Assembly: GCA_050250895.1 (NCBI GenBank)
Contig: JBFWNU010000005.1
Span: 512,001-576,000, forward strand
DNA from: Vulcanimicrobiota bacterium
Lineage (GTDB): Bacteria > Vulcanimicrobiota > Xenobia > Xenobiales > JADMJV01
Direction of reading: 5' to 3'
Length of the DNA stretch: 64,000 nt
Under the pieces are notes generated by a model. It did no database searches. It was given only the letters and a program-made list of their open reading frames with translations, and had not been told where the DNA came from. Made by a program: the position numbers and the translations under genes. Shown here one piece after another: positions 1-7,927 of this stretch. How positions within the stretch are numbered: position 1 is the first letter of the stretch; each line of letters opens with the position of its first letter.

Positions 1-1
1 A

Positions 2-943
2 GAGTTTCCGCCCCAGCGGCAAGCCAGCACCTTCGAGGTGCCCGAGCCTCCTCCGTTGATGTTGATTCTCTTGGTGGCCCTGGCAGCGGGCGCGGGCACC
101 TGGCTGTTGCTGGGCGCCCTGCTCGAGCTGCCCGACTGGGTGGGCTGGGTCTTGCTGGCGGCGGCTCCTCTGGCCACCATGGCCTGTCAGGCCATTCACT
201 TTGGCCAACTCTGGCGAACCCTGATGGCGCTGGGGATGGGCTGTGTCTTTCCCTTGCTGGGGGTCGTGGCCAATCTCGAATTGCTCGAGGACGTCTCCCG
301 ACGCCAGGAACTGGGCGGTCGGCTGAAGGGATGCACTGCGCTGCTCTGGCGCACCTCGCTGGTCTCTTTAGCCGGAGCCCTGCTGGCCGCCTCGCTGCTC
401 TACGAACCAACTTTCTGGCTGGGTCTGGACCGTTTTCGCGGGGTAAAGTTGCTCACGCTCGGAGTGCCCTTGCTGGCGGCTCTGGTGGTGCTGGTGGGCA
501 AAGGCCGGCGCGCCCGCTTGCGGGCTCTGCTCGATAGCCCGCTCAAGGTCTGGCACCTGCTGGCGATGGGCGGGGGAGCCGTGTTGGGGGTGCTCTACCT
601 GTTGCGCACCGGCAACGATTCGGCCGGTACCGCCACCGAATCCGAACGAGTCTTGCGCGTGGTGCTCGACCAGTTGTTGGGGGTGCGCCCGCGCTTCAAG
701 GAGTTCTTGCTGGCACACCCGGCCATGGTCTTGACACCGGCCCTGGGCTGGCTGGGCATGCGCGATTTTCTGGCCCTGGGGGTCATGCTCGGCGCCGTGG
801 GTCAAGTCGGCATGATCGACACCTTTGCTCATATCCACACGCCCCTGGTGGTATCGTTGGTCCGCAGCCTGCTGGGCCTCGTCCTGGGCTGGTTGCTGGG
901 TCTGATCGGAGTGGTCGTAATCACTCGCTGGCAGAAGCGTTAG
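2..943 (+). CDS. DUF5693-family polytopic membrane protein (5' partial)
   Basis: Frame open from the window edge; many TM helices; motifs FRGVKL, RPRFKEFLLAHP, TFAHIHTP typical of the DUF5693 C-terminus. Confidence 0.7.
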   Translation, partial: EFPPQRQASTFEVPEPPPLMLILLVALAAGAGTWLLLGALLELPDWVGWVLLAAAPLATMACQAIHFGQLWRTLMALGMGCVFPLLGVVANLELLEDVSRRQELGGRLKGCTALLWRTSLVSLAGALLAASLLYEPTFWLGLDRFRGVKLLTLGVPLLAALVVLVGKGRRARLRALLDSPLKVWHLLAMGGGAVLGVLYLLRTGNDSAGTATESERVLRVVLDQLLGVRPRFKEFLLAHPAMVLTPALGWLGMRDFLALGVMLGAVGQVGMIDTFAHIHTPLVVSLVRSLLGLVLGWLLGLIGVVVITRWQKR

Positions 944-1025
944 CGAATCGGGGAGGGGTCTCGGCAGGGGAGCGGGAAGTCCCGCCGAGACGGGCTTTGG
1001 TCCGTTTAAGCAGGTCCGAAAATGA

Positions 1026-1054
1026 TTGACACTACAGTGTCTATGTATTATAGT
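1026..1054 (+). promoter_or_regulatory. sigma70-type promoter with overlapping palindrome
   Basis: TTGACA (1026-1031), 17-bp spacer, TATAGT (1049-1054); inverted repeat GACACT-AC-AGTGTC at 1028-1041. Confidence 0.75.
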
Positions 1055-1118
1055 GAAAATTGCTTTCGCTATAGGAAATGGACAGGATCGTTTTCCTGAC
1101 TAAGTGAGGGAGGCCTCA

Positions 1119-1637
1119 ATGGAGGAACTGAAAGACATTCGAGCCGGCGGCAATTTTCTCGAAAAGTTGATGCGCATGGTGCCCGGCTTCGGCGGTTATC
1201 TCGACCGCGAGCGGCGTCGCGACGCCGACAAGTTACAGCGCGAATTCCTGGCTAAATCGACCACCGAGATCAAGCGGCGAATCCAGGACATCGGCGAACA
1301 GATGCTGGCCAACGGAGATATGAGTCAGATGGCCAAGCTCGACGGTCTCACCAATCGCCTCGACCGCGTCACCGAACGTATTCGCCACGCGGCTCAGGGC
1401 TACGCAGGTTTCTTCGAAATCAACCAGGTCAACTCGGAAGAACTTGACCGTATCTACGAACACGACCTTTCCATGCATGTCGAGATCGACAACGTCAATC
1501 AGGCGCTCGACGCTTTCCAGACGGCTGTCGATTGCAACGACAATCCCGGCGCCCGGCTGGGTGACGTGCAAAGGTTGGTGAACGCGCTCGACGCCAAACT
1601 TAACGAGCGCGAAGCCATCGTGAAAGGAGTCTATTAG
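1119..1637 (+). CDS. Alpha-helical hypothetical protein, coupled to the SPFH gene
   Basis: ATG 1119 after GGGAGG; PGFGGYLDRERRRDADK motif; stop overlaps next GTG. Confidence 0.75.
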   Translation: MEELKDIRAGGNFLEKLMRMVPGFGGYLDRERRRDADKLQREFLAKSTTEIKRRIQDIGEQMLANGDMSQMAKLDGLTNRLDRVTERIRHAAQGYAGFFEINQVNSEELDRIYEHDLSMHVEIDNVNQALDAFQTAVDCNDNPGARLGDVQRLVNALDAKLNEREAIVKGVY

Positions 1638-2839
1638 TGTTCGGTAAGTTGAAACAAGCAGTCACTGGTGGGACCAAGGGGATCATCGAGGTTATCGAGT
1701 GGATCGACTACCATCCGGACGCCATCGTCAAGAAGGTGCCCGAGCATGGCCCCGGCCAGATCAAGTTCGGCGCCAACCTGATCGTTCGCGAAACCCAGAC
1801 GGCTGTATTCTTCCGCGATGGCAAGGCCCTGGATACGTTTGGTCCGGGTCGTCACATCCTCTCCACCGCCAATCTTCCCGTCCTCCAGAAGGTGGTCGAG
1901 CACGCCACCGGTGGCCACAACCTGTTCACGGCCGAGGTCTACTACGTCAACCAGAGGATCTTCACCGACCTCAAATGGGGCACGCCCAACCCCCTCGATA
2001 TGAAAGACCCCGACCTGGGCTGGGTGCAATTGCGGGCTTTCGGTACCTTCTCGGTGCGCATCGATGACCCGATGCTGTTCGTCAACACCCTGGTGGGGGC
2101 ACAGAGCCTGTACACCACCCAGTCGTTGAACAACTTCCTCAAAGGCAGCATCCGCACCCACCTCAACGACCTGATCGGCACGACTTTCGAGTCGTATGCC
2201 AAGATCCGGTCCAATGTCGAAGAGATGTCGGCGGCCATGAAGATCAAGGTCCGCGACGACTTCGGCAAATACGGTATCGAGCTTCGCGACTTCTTCATTC
2301 AGGACGTTTCCGTCCCGGAAGAAATTCAAGAAGCTTTCCGGATGCGCGCCAAAATGGGAGCCCTCGGTCTTCAAGGTCCGCAGGCCTACACCCAGTTCCA
2401 GGCCGCCAACGCCATGCGCGACATGGCTCAAAACGAAGGAGGCGGCGGTCAGATGATGCAGATGGGCGCCGGCTTCGGAATGGGAATGATGTTCCCTCAA
2501 ATGATGGGTCAGGCCATGGCTCCCGGAATGATGCCCCAGCAGGGCTACGGTTATCCGCCCCAGGGCTATCCGCCGCAGCAGGGCTATCCCCCTCAGGGCT
2601 ACCCGCCGCAGCAGGGATATCCGCCCCAGGGTTATCCGCCGCAGCAGGGCTATCCGCCGCAGGGCCATCCCCAGCAGGGATACCCGCCTCAGGGGGCTCC
2701 CCAGGGCGGTCCACCTCCCCAGGGTGGTGGCGGTATGGATGTCCAGGCCAAAATCGCCAAGCTGCAAGAACTCAAAGAAATGGGAGTTCTCAGCGAGGAA
2801 GAGTTCCAACAGAAGGTTCAACTGCTACAAAGCCTTTAG
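1637..2839 (+). CDS. SPFH/band-7 (YdjI-like) protein with PPQQGY repeat linker and C-terminal SHOCT domain
   Basis: LIVRETQTAVFFRDGK, FGPGRH, KWGTPNP, LRAFGTFS motifs; KLQELKEMGVLSEEEFQQK SHOCT-like tail. Confidence 0.85.
   Translation: MFGKLKQAVTGGTKGIIEVIEWIDYHPDAIVKKVPEHGPGQIKFGANLIVRETQTAVFFRDGKALDTFGPGRHILSTANLPVLQKVVEHATGGHNLFTAEVYYVNQRIFTDLKWGTPNPLDMKDPDLGWVQLRAFGTFSVRIDDPMLFVNTLVGAQSLYTTQSLNNFLKGSIRTHLNDLIGTTFESYAKIRSNVEEMSAAMKIKVRDDFGKYGIELRDFFIQDVSVPEEIQEAFRMRAKMGALGLQGPQAYTQFQAANAMRDMAQNEGGGGQMMQMGAGFGMGMMFPQMMGQAMAPGMMPQQGYGYPPQGYPPQQGYPPQGYPPQQGYPPQGYPPQQGYPPQGHPQQGYPPQGAPQGGPPPQGGGGMDVQAKIAKLQELKEMGVLSEEEFQQKVQLLQSL
2533..2722 (+). repeat. Coding tandem repeat (P)PQ(Q)GY, 15/18-bp units
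   Basis: About ten degenerate CCG/CCC-CAG-(CAG)-GGN-TAY units. Confidence 0.85.
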
Positions 2840-2847
2840 CCGATGCG

Positions 2848-2879
2848 AAAGAGGTGGCGAAAGCCACCTCTTTTCCTTT
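2848..2879 (+). terminator. Rho-independent terminator
   Basis: AAAGAGGTGGC-GAAA-GCCACCTCTTT followed by T-rich tail, just after the SPFH stop. Confidence 0.85.
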
Positions 2880-3010
2880 GGGCCCGTCAGCTGCGTCCAC
2901 CATCTTTGACCGCCGGCCGGGACCCTCCGGTCAAAGTTGTTAACTTTCCATCTCTTGGGCTGCCCTGGGCAGTGTGCTATGATGGGGCTATCACACGGCG
3001 AGGTGTTTCT

Positions 3011-3922
3011 TTGCGTCAACTGCTAAGCGTTCTGCTACTACTGAGTCTGGCTTGGCCGGCTGCGGCCGGGGTCACGATGTCGGGTAAAATCGAGAGCTAC
3101 AATGGCGGCACCGGCATTCTGGTGCTCAAACTCAATGACGGCTCTCTCAAGAACTTCAAGCTCGACAAGAACACCAAAGTCGAGTGGATGGGGCGCAACG
3201 GCTCGGTCGCCTCACTGCCCCAGGGCACTCAGGTGGCCGTGCGTCTGTGCGGGGCCATCAACGAGAATCCCGCTCCCATCAATCTGGTTACCGACTGGGG
3301 CAACTCCTCGAAGTATGTAGCCACCGCGGCGAAGTCTCCCTACTACACTCGCCAGGGCCAGTATGCTACGGCTGCCGGCGTGGGTGGCGTCCCCGAAGGT
3401 GCTCCCATCAACAACGACCCGGCCACCACCATCGGCATGCTCGGCAACGGCGGCATCGCACCCACCGGGCCGCCCCCCGGTGTGCTCACCGGACAGGCGA
3501 CCATCAATCCGATGTTGGCCCCCGGCGTGGGTGGTATGCCGATGAACCAGGGCGCCAAGATGTCGATGCCGATGAACATGATGAACAATGGCATGATGAA
3601 CAACGGCATGGGGCAGATGGGCTTCGAGAACGGCGGGGCCGGCTCGCTGATGGGTCTTGACGGCGAAGACGGCGGGATGATGGGCAGCAACAACTACGGG
3701 GCCGGACAGGTTTCGATCCAGGCCCGGGTGCTGCAGGCCGACCCCACCACCCAGACGCTGATGGTTCAATCGTTTTCGTCTCCTCAGCCCCAACAGGTCA
3801 TCGTGACTCCCGGTGCTCAGGTCGACATGCAGGCTTTTCGCCCCGGGGCGATGGTGCAGATCACCGGCACCGCCGTCTCAGGGGCCATCCAAGCCTTTTC
3901 GGTGACGTCCGCCGGGCCGTAG
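3011..3922 (+). CDS. Secreted hypothetical protein with Met/Gly/Asn-rich low-complexity linker
   Basis: TTG 3011 after GAGGTG; signal peptide MRQLLSVLLLLSLAWPAAA; upstream TGnTATGAT extended -10 at 2975-2983. Confidence 0.7.
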   Translation: MRQLLSVLLLLSLAWPAAAGVTMSGKIESYNGGTGILVLKLNDGSLKNFKLDKNTKVEWMGRNGSVASLPQGTQVAVRLCGAINENPAPINLVTDWGNSSKYVATAAKSPYYTRQGQYATAAGVGGVPEGAPINNDPATTIGMLGNGGIAPTGPPPGVLTGQATINPMLAPGVGGMPMNQGAKMSMPMNMMNNGMMNNGMGQMGFENGGAGSLMGLDGEDGGMMGSNNYGAGQVSIQARVLQADPTTQTLMVQSFSSPQPQQVIVTPGAQVDMQAFRPGAMVQITGTAVSGAIQAFSVTSAGP

Positions 3923-3947
3923 CGGTCCAGCATCGCCCCCAACGCTG

Positions 3948-3975
3948 AAGCCCGGTTGGCCGGGCTTTTTGCTTT
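3948..3975 (+). terminator. Rho-independent terminator
   Basis: AAGCCCGG-TTGG-CCGGGCTT then TTTGCTTT. Confidence 0.75.
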
Positions 3976-4130
3976 GTTCCGGACTCCTGCCGCCCGCAAA
4001 CCGTGACGCTGACAGGCTCGAACGAGTCCCATTGTCAGAAGAAGGGAACGGTCGTTCTGCCGCGAAGGCGCCAGACCTTCCCGAGGAATCGCGCGAGGTT
4101 GCCGTTTCCTCCAAATAGAGGGAGGTAACG

Positions 4131-4604
4131 ATGAAAAAGTTCCTGATTCTGATGATAGCCCTGACGGGCCTGGCTTCGGCCAATCCCACCTATCTGGTGG
4201 TGCCCGATCAGCGACCCGAGATGACCGGCAAGATCGCCAATGAGTTGATCGATGCCTTTCAAGGCGCCGCCGACACCGCCCTGGCTGAAGCCACTCCCGT
4301 CGAGAAGCCGGCTCCGGCAGTCGCTCAGAAACCGGCCGGTGGTCGGACGCTGACGGTCCACGCTTCGGCCTATTGCCTGCGCGGCCGCACGGCTTCGGGC
4401 AGCTACACCCAGACGGGCACCATCGCTGTCGACCCGCGCGTGATTCCGATGGGCACCAAGCTCTACATCCCCGGCTATGGTTGGGGCCGCGCCGCCGACA
4501 CCGGCGGAATCATCCTGGGCAATCGCATCGACCTCTGGTTCCCCAGTTCTTCCCAGTGCTACAGCTGGGGCGTGCGCGAAGTCACGATTACCGTCTACGA
4601 CTAG
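4131..4604 (+). CDS. Secreted 3D-domain (MltA-like) cell-wall protein
   Basis: Signal peptide; ASAY, TASG, IAVDPRVIPMGT, DTGG, RIDLW motifs; GGAGG RBS. Confidence 0.9.
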   Translation: MKKFLILMIALTGLASANPTYLVVPDQRPEMTGKIANELIDAFQGAADTALAEATPVEKPAPAVAQKPAGGRTLTVHASAYCLRGRTASGSYTQTGTIAVDPRVIPMGTKLYIPGYGWGRAADTGGIILGNRIDLWFPSSSQCYSWGVREVTITVYD

Positions 4605-4642
4605 GCCTTTAGCCCTTCCGGCTGTCGGCCGATGAATGGAGT

Positions 4643-5296
4643 ATGCCAGTCCATGGGTGGGGAATCCGACTTGCCGTCAAAGTTCTACGCATAGCCCTGT
4701 TTGGAGGGCTGCCGTCGAGTCAGAGCGAGGCTGAGCACCAGATTCGCGCCCTCGCTCGCGGACTGTGCGCCTCGAGTCTGGTTGGTGCGGCCGTGTTCGA
4801 GGCCTGGGGAGGCACCAGTCTGGCCATGGTGGCCGCCCTGGTGCCTCTGACCACCGCCCTGTTCTACCACATTCGCCCCGCCGCCGGTGCCTGGCTGGTG
4901 CTTGAAGTGGGTGGCCTGGGCGGTCTGGACGATCGCGAGTTTGGTTTTTTGGGCGAGGGGTTCCCCCGCGAGTTGCAGTCGGTCCAACTGGTGCGATTTA
5001 GCCACGCCGGCCTGGCCGGTCAAACGCTATTGGCTCTAGAGGCCAGAACGTTGAGGCTCAATCCAGTCTTGCGCAAAGACCGCAGGCCGCCGATTCGTTT
5101 CAAGGCGGCCCTGGTGTCGGACGAGTACGGGCGACGCCTGGACCCTCGTCAGGCCGCCGACCAACTACTGAGTTCGGGGCCGGTCTTTCCGGTTTTCGGG
5201 CTCGAGGCCGACGCCCTGCTCCCCCTGGGAGAGGCGGCCGAGCGGTTTGCGCTCAGGCTTGTTCCGGCGGCTCTTGAGGGTCGGTCTGGTCGCTAG
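4643..5296 (+). CDS. Hypothetical membrane protein
   Basis: 217-aa ORF with two hydrophobic segments; start uncertain. Confidence 0.45.
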   Translation: MPVHGWGIRLAVKVLRIALFGGLPSSQSEAEHQIRALARGLCASSLVGAAVFEAWGGTSLAMVAALVPLTTALFYHIRPAAGAWLVLEVGGLGGLDDREFGFLGEGFPRELQSVQLVRFSHAGLAGQTLLALEARTLRLNPVLRKDRRPPIRFKAALVSDEYGRRLDPRQAADQLLSSGPVFPVFGLEADALLPLGEAAERFALRLVPAALEGRSGR

Positions 5297-5546
5297 TGCG
5301 CCGGATGAGCACCAGGTTGCGCAGATAGATGAAGACTCCCGTGGTCTGACCCACCAGAATGACCGGATCCCCCAGGTGCACGGCATAGATGAAAAGACCC
5401 ATGCCCCCAGCCAGCGAGAAATACCAGAAACTGGTGGGCACGACGCTGCGTTTCTCCCGCTCGGAGGCTATCCACTGCACTACGAAGCGCATGAAGAAAC
5501 AGGCTTGAAAAACAAAACCCCAGACGAGCCAGGCGGTGGCGTTCAT
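5253..5546 (-). CDS. Lipid-A-disaccharide synthase N-terminal domain (LAB_N) membrane protein
   Basis: GFVFQACFFMRFVVQWIASE, FWYFSLAGG, DPVILVGQ, YLRNL motifs. Confidence 0.85.
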   Translation of the reverse strand: MNATAWLVWGFVFQACFFMRFVVQWIASEREKRSVVPTSFWYFSLAGGMGLFIYAVHLGDPVILVGQTTGVFIYLRNLVLIRRTSDQTDPQEPPEQA

Positions 5547-6367
5547 TGGACCTCGCGAGCTGTGAAGTCGGCGTAACGGCTCTTGAGCCAGAGCACGCCG
5601 AAGAGATCTGGCAAGCTCTGTTTGAGCCGGTCAAAGGTGCCGTATTTGGTCACCCCGGCGTGGCGATCACGATGGTTTACCGGCAGTTCGCAGGCGGTGA
5701 ACCCCTCCATCTTGACCAGGGCCGGAATGAAGCGATGCATTCCCCGAAATAAGGTGAGGCGGTCGACGACCTCGCCGCGGAAAGCCTTGAGAGTGCATCC
5801 CGTGTCACTGCTCTGGTCGCCCAGCAGGCGGCCTCGCAGGCGATTGGCCACCCGTGACGAGAAGCGCTTCCAGGCCGTGTCCTTGCGTTTGGCTCGCACG
5901 CCGTAGGCCGCGTCAAAATACTCGAGACGCTCGAGCAGTTTGGGGATGTCGGCCGGGTCATTTTGCAGGTCGGCATCCATGAGCACGACCCGGTCATATC
6001 TGGCGGCCCGCAGGCCCACCTCCATGGCTACCGACTGACCCCGGTTTTCGGCCAGGCAGACGCAACGAATCCGGTCGCCCAGCTCGGGTCGCAGCAGGTT
6101 GACCGACTCGTCCCGACTGGCGTCGTCGACGAAAACCAGTTCATAGTCGAGCCCGAGTGGGTCGAGGGCCGCCCGCAGCTCGGCTAACAAACGAGCCAGG
6201 TTGTCGGCTTCGTTGAACATCGGGATGACGACCGAGAGGCCGGGCTGACGCGGACTTGGGCCTCGAGCCAGCTCAAGGCTGCGCTTCGGGCTGCTTGCTG
6301 CCAGATAGGATAAGATAGTGTCCTTTTTCGACTCGTTCCCAACCGGGGAACCGTTTCGGGTCGTCAT
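5543..6367 (-). CDS. GT2 polyprenol-phosphate glycosyltransferase (ArnC/DPM1-like); true start probably downstream of 6367
   Basis: SVVIPMFNE, VDDASRD, NRGQS, MDADLQNDP, DTGCTLK, GMHRFIP motifs. Confidence 0.85.
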   Translation of the reverse strand: MTTRNGSPVGNESKKDTILSYLAASSPKRSLELARGPSPRQPGLSVVIPMFNEADNLARLLAELRAALDPLGLDYELVFVDDASRDESVNLLRPELGDRIRCVCLAENRGQSVAMEVGLRAARYDRVVLMDADLQNDPADIPKLLERLEYFDAAYGVRAKRKDTAWKRFSSRVANRLRGRLLGDQSSDTGCTLKAFRGEVVDRLTLFRGMHRFIPALVKMEGFTACELPVNHRDRHAGVTKYGTFDRLKQSLPDLFGVLWLKSRYADFTAREVQ

Positions 6368-7838
6368 CCGACCTCCTCATTACGACGATGACCTGCTCGC
6401 CAGGTGTTAGCTGATTCCAGTATTCCTCATAGTCGCGGAAGTAGAAACCGTCAAGATTTCTTGACGTCTCGAACTGAGTTTCGCGAGGATAGGAAATATG
6501 CACGATGCGGCGGTCGAGGTAGTAGGGGAGAGAATACAGGAAATTGCCATAAAAGGCTACCTCGTCAATAGTCTTGGATTCGACCACGCGGGCCACGGCC
6601 CGGGCCGTATACTGCTCGTCCAGTCGACCGACGCTCACCGCGATCAGAAAGAGCGAGACCACCATCCCGGCCGTAATCGCTGGTAGGCTCACCTCCTCGG
6701 TGGGTTTGAGGCTCACCACCAGGCCACTGAGCGCCCAGGCTGCCACGGCCGGCAGCAACAGGCCCAGCACGCCGACCACATCGGGCGGGGGGGCCAGGGC
6801 CAGGAAGATGGTGGCGGCGATCCCCAGAAAAGCGAGACTCAAGCCAGTGAGTCGCGCCAGGCTGCGGTCCCAGTAGCGGGCCACCAGCAGGGCGCCGGCG
6901 GGGAAGGTGGGCAGGATGTAAGGAGGCAGCTTCGAGCCGATGCAGCTGAACATCAACACCGGCAGGGCAAACCAGGCCAACAAGAAGCGGTCCGCCACCT
7001 CGCCGGTGCGCCAGGCCCGAACCAGGGCCACGGCCAGGGCGGCCGCCCAGGGGAAGAATCCCACCAGGAGGACGGGAAGGTAGAACCATGGGGGGCCCGC
7101 GCGTCCATGGACGGTGGTGGCTACCCGGTCGACTGTCTGGAAGACCAGAAAATAGTTCCAAAGTTCGGGGTTGCGTTGACACACCACGACGAACCAGGGC
7201 ACGGCGACCGCCAGCATGACGGCCAGTCCGGCCACAGGACGCAACCGGCCAAACTTCAGGTCTCGCCGGGTCAGCCCCAGCAGTCCCAAGGCCACCAGCA
7301 GAGGGCCCACCGGTCCTTTGATCAGAATGGCCAGACCGTTGGCCACCCAGAAGCTAAGCCACCATCCCGGATGTTCACGTTCGGCTACCACGACCATGTA
7401 GGCGGCCACCAGCGCCCAGGTGATACAGCCGGTCAGGAACATGTCGGTATACACCAGCCGAGCCACCAACCAGAACTCGAGACTGGTGGCCAGAATCAAA
7501 CCGGGTAACAGCCCCAACTCCAGGGCTTGAGCTAGCCTCAGGGTCAGGCCGACGATAGCCAGGGCGGTCAGAATCTGGGGCAGCCTTGCCGCCGCTTCGC
7601 TCTTGCCCAGCAGTTTGAGCGAGGCCGCGGTCAGCCAATAGGTCAGGGGCGGTTTGTGGAAGTGCTTGATGTGATTGACCCGAGGGGTAACCCAGTCGCC
7701 ACTCTGGGCCATCTCCCAGGAGGCCTCGACATAGCGCGCCTCGCTATCTTCGAACAGGCCCTGGCCAAGCGGCGCCAGGAGATAGAGCAGACAGAGGGCT
7801 CCCAGCAACAAAAGTCGGTCTTTGGGGCGGCCCGCCAT
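6273..7838 (-). CDS. ArnT-like GT-C (family 39/83) membrane glycosyltransferase
   Basis: EARYVEASWEM, KPPLTYW, ARLP, LIKGPVG, SKLPPYILP motifs; many TM helices. Confidence 0.85.
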   Translation of the reverse strand: MAGRPKDRLLLLGALCLLYLLAPLGQGLFEDSEARYVEASWEMAQSGDWVTPRVNHIKHFHKPPLTYWLTAASLKLLGKSEAAARLPQILTALAIVGLTLRLAQALELGLLPGLILATSLEFWLVARLVYTDMFLTGCITWALVAAYMVVVAEREHPGWWLSFWVANGLAILIKGPVGPLLVALGLLGLTRRDLKFGRLRPVAGLAVMLAVAVPWFVVVCQRNPELWNYFLVFQTVDRVATTVHGRAGPPWFYLPVLLVGFFPWAAALAVALVRAWRTGEVADRFLLAWFALPVLMFSCIGSKLPPYILPTFPAGALLVARYWDRSLARLTGLSLAFLGIAATIFLALAPPPDVVGVLGLLLPAVAAWALSGLVVSLKPTEEVSLPAITAGMVVSLFLIAVSVGRLDEQYTARAVARVVESKTIDEVAFYGNFLYSLPYYLDRRIVHISYPRETQFETSRNLDGFYFRDYEEYWNQLTPGEQVIVVMRRSDDDPKRFPGWERVEKGHYLILSGSKQPEAQP

Positions 7839-7927
7839 TTCTCGAGCATACCCTGAAAGCGGCCTCGACAAGCCCGAAGAAGTGAAATTTTCTCAGGGCG
7901 CCATCCACCTCGGTCGCGAAGGAGGCG

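Noticed and set aside
3976-4130. c-di-AMP, glycine or glmS riboswitch before the 3D gene
   Set aside because: Only short fragments resemble these consensus sequences; core conserved elements are not found
5253-7838. ArnT/GT2/LAB_N cluster as a novel system
   Set aside because: Widespread known lipid-glycosylation gene trio
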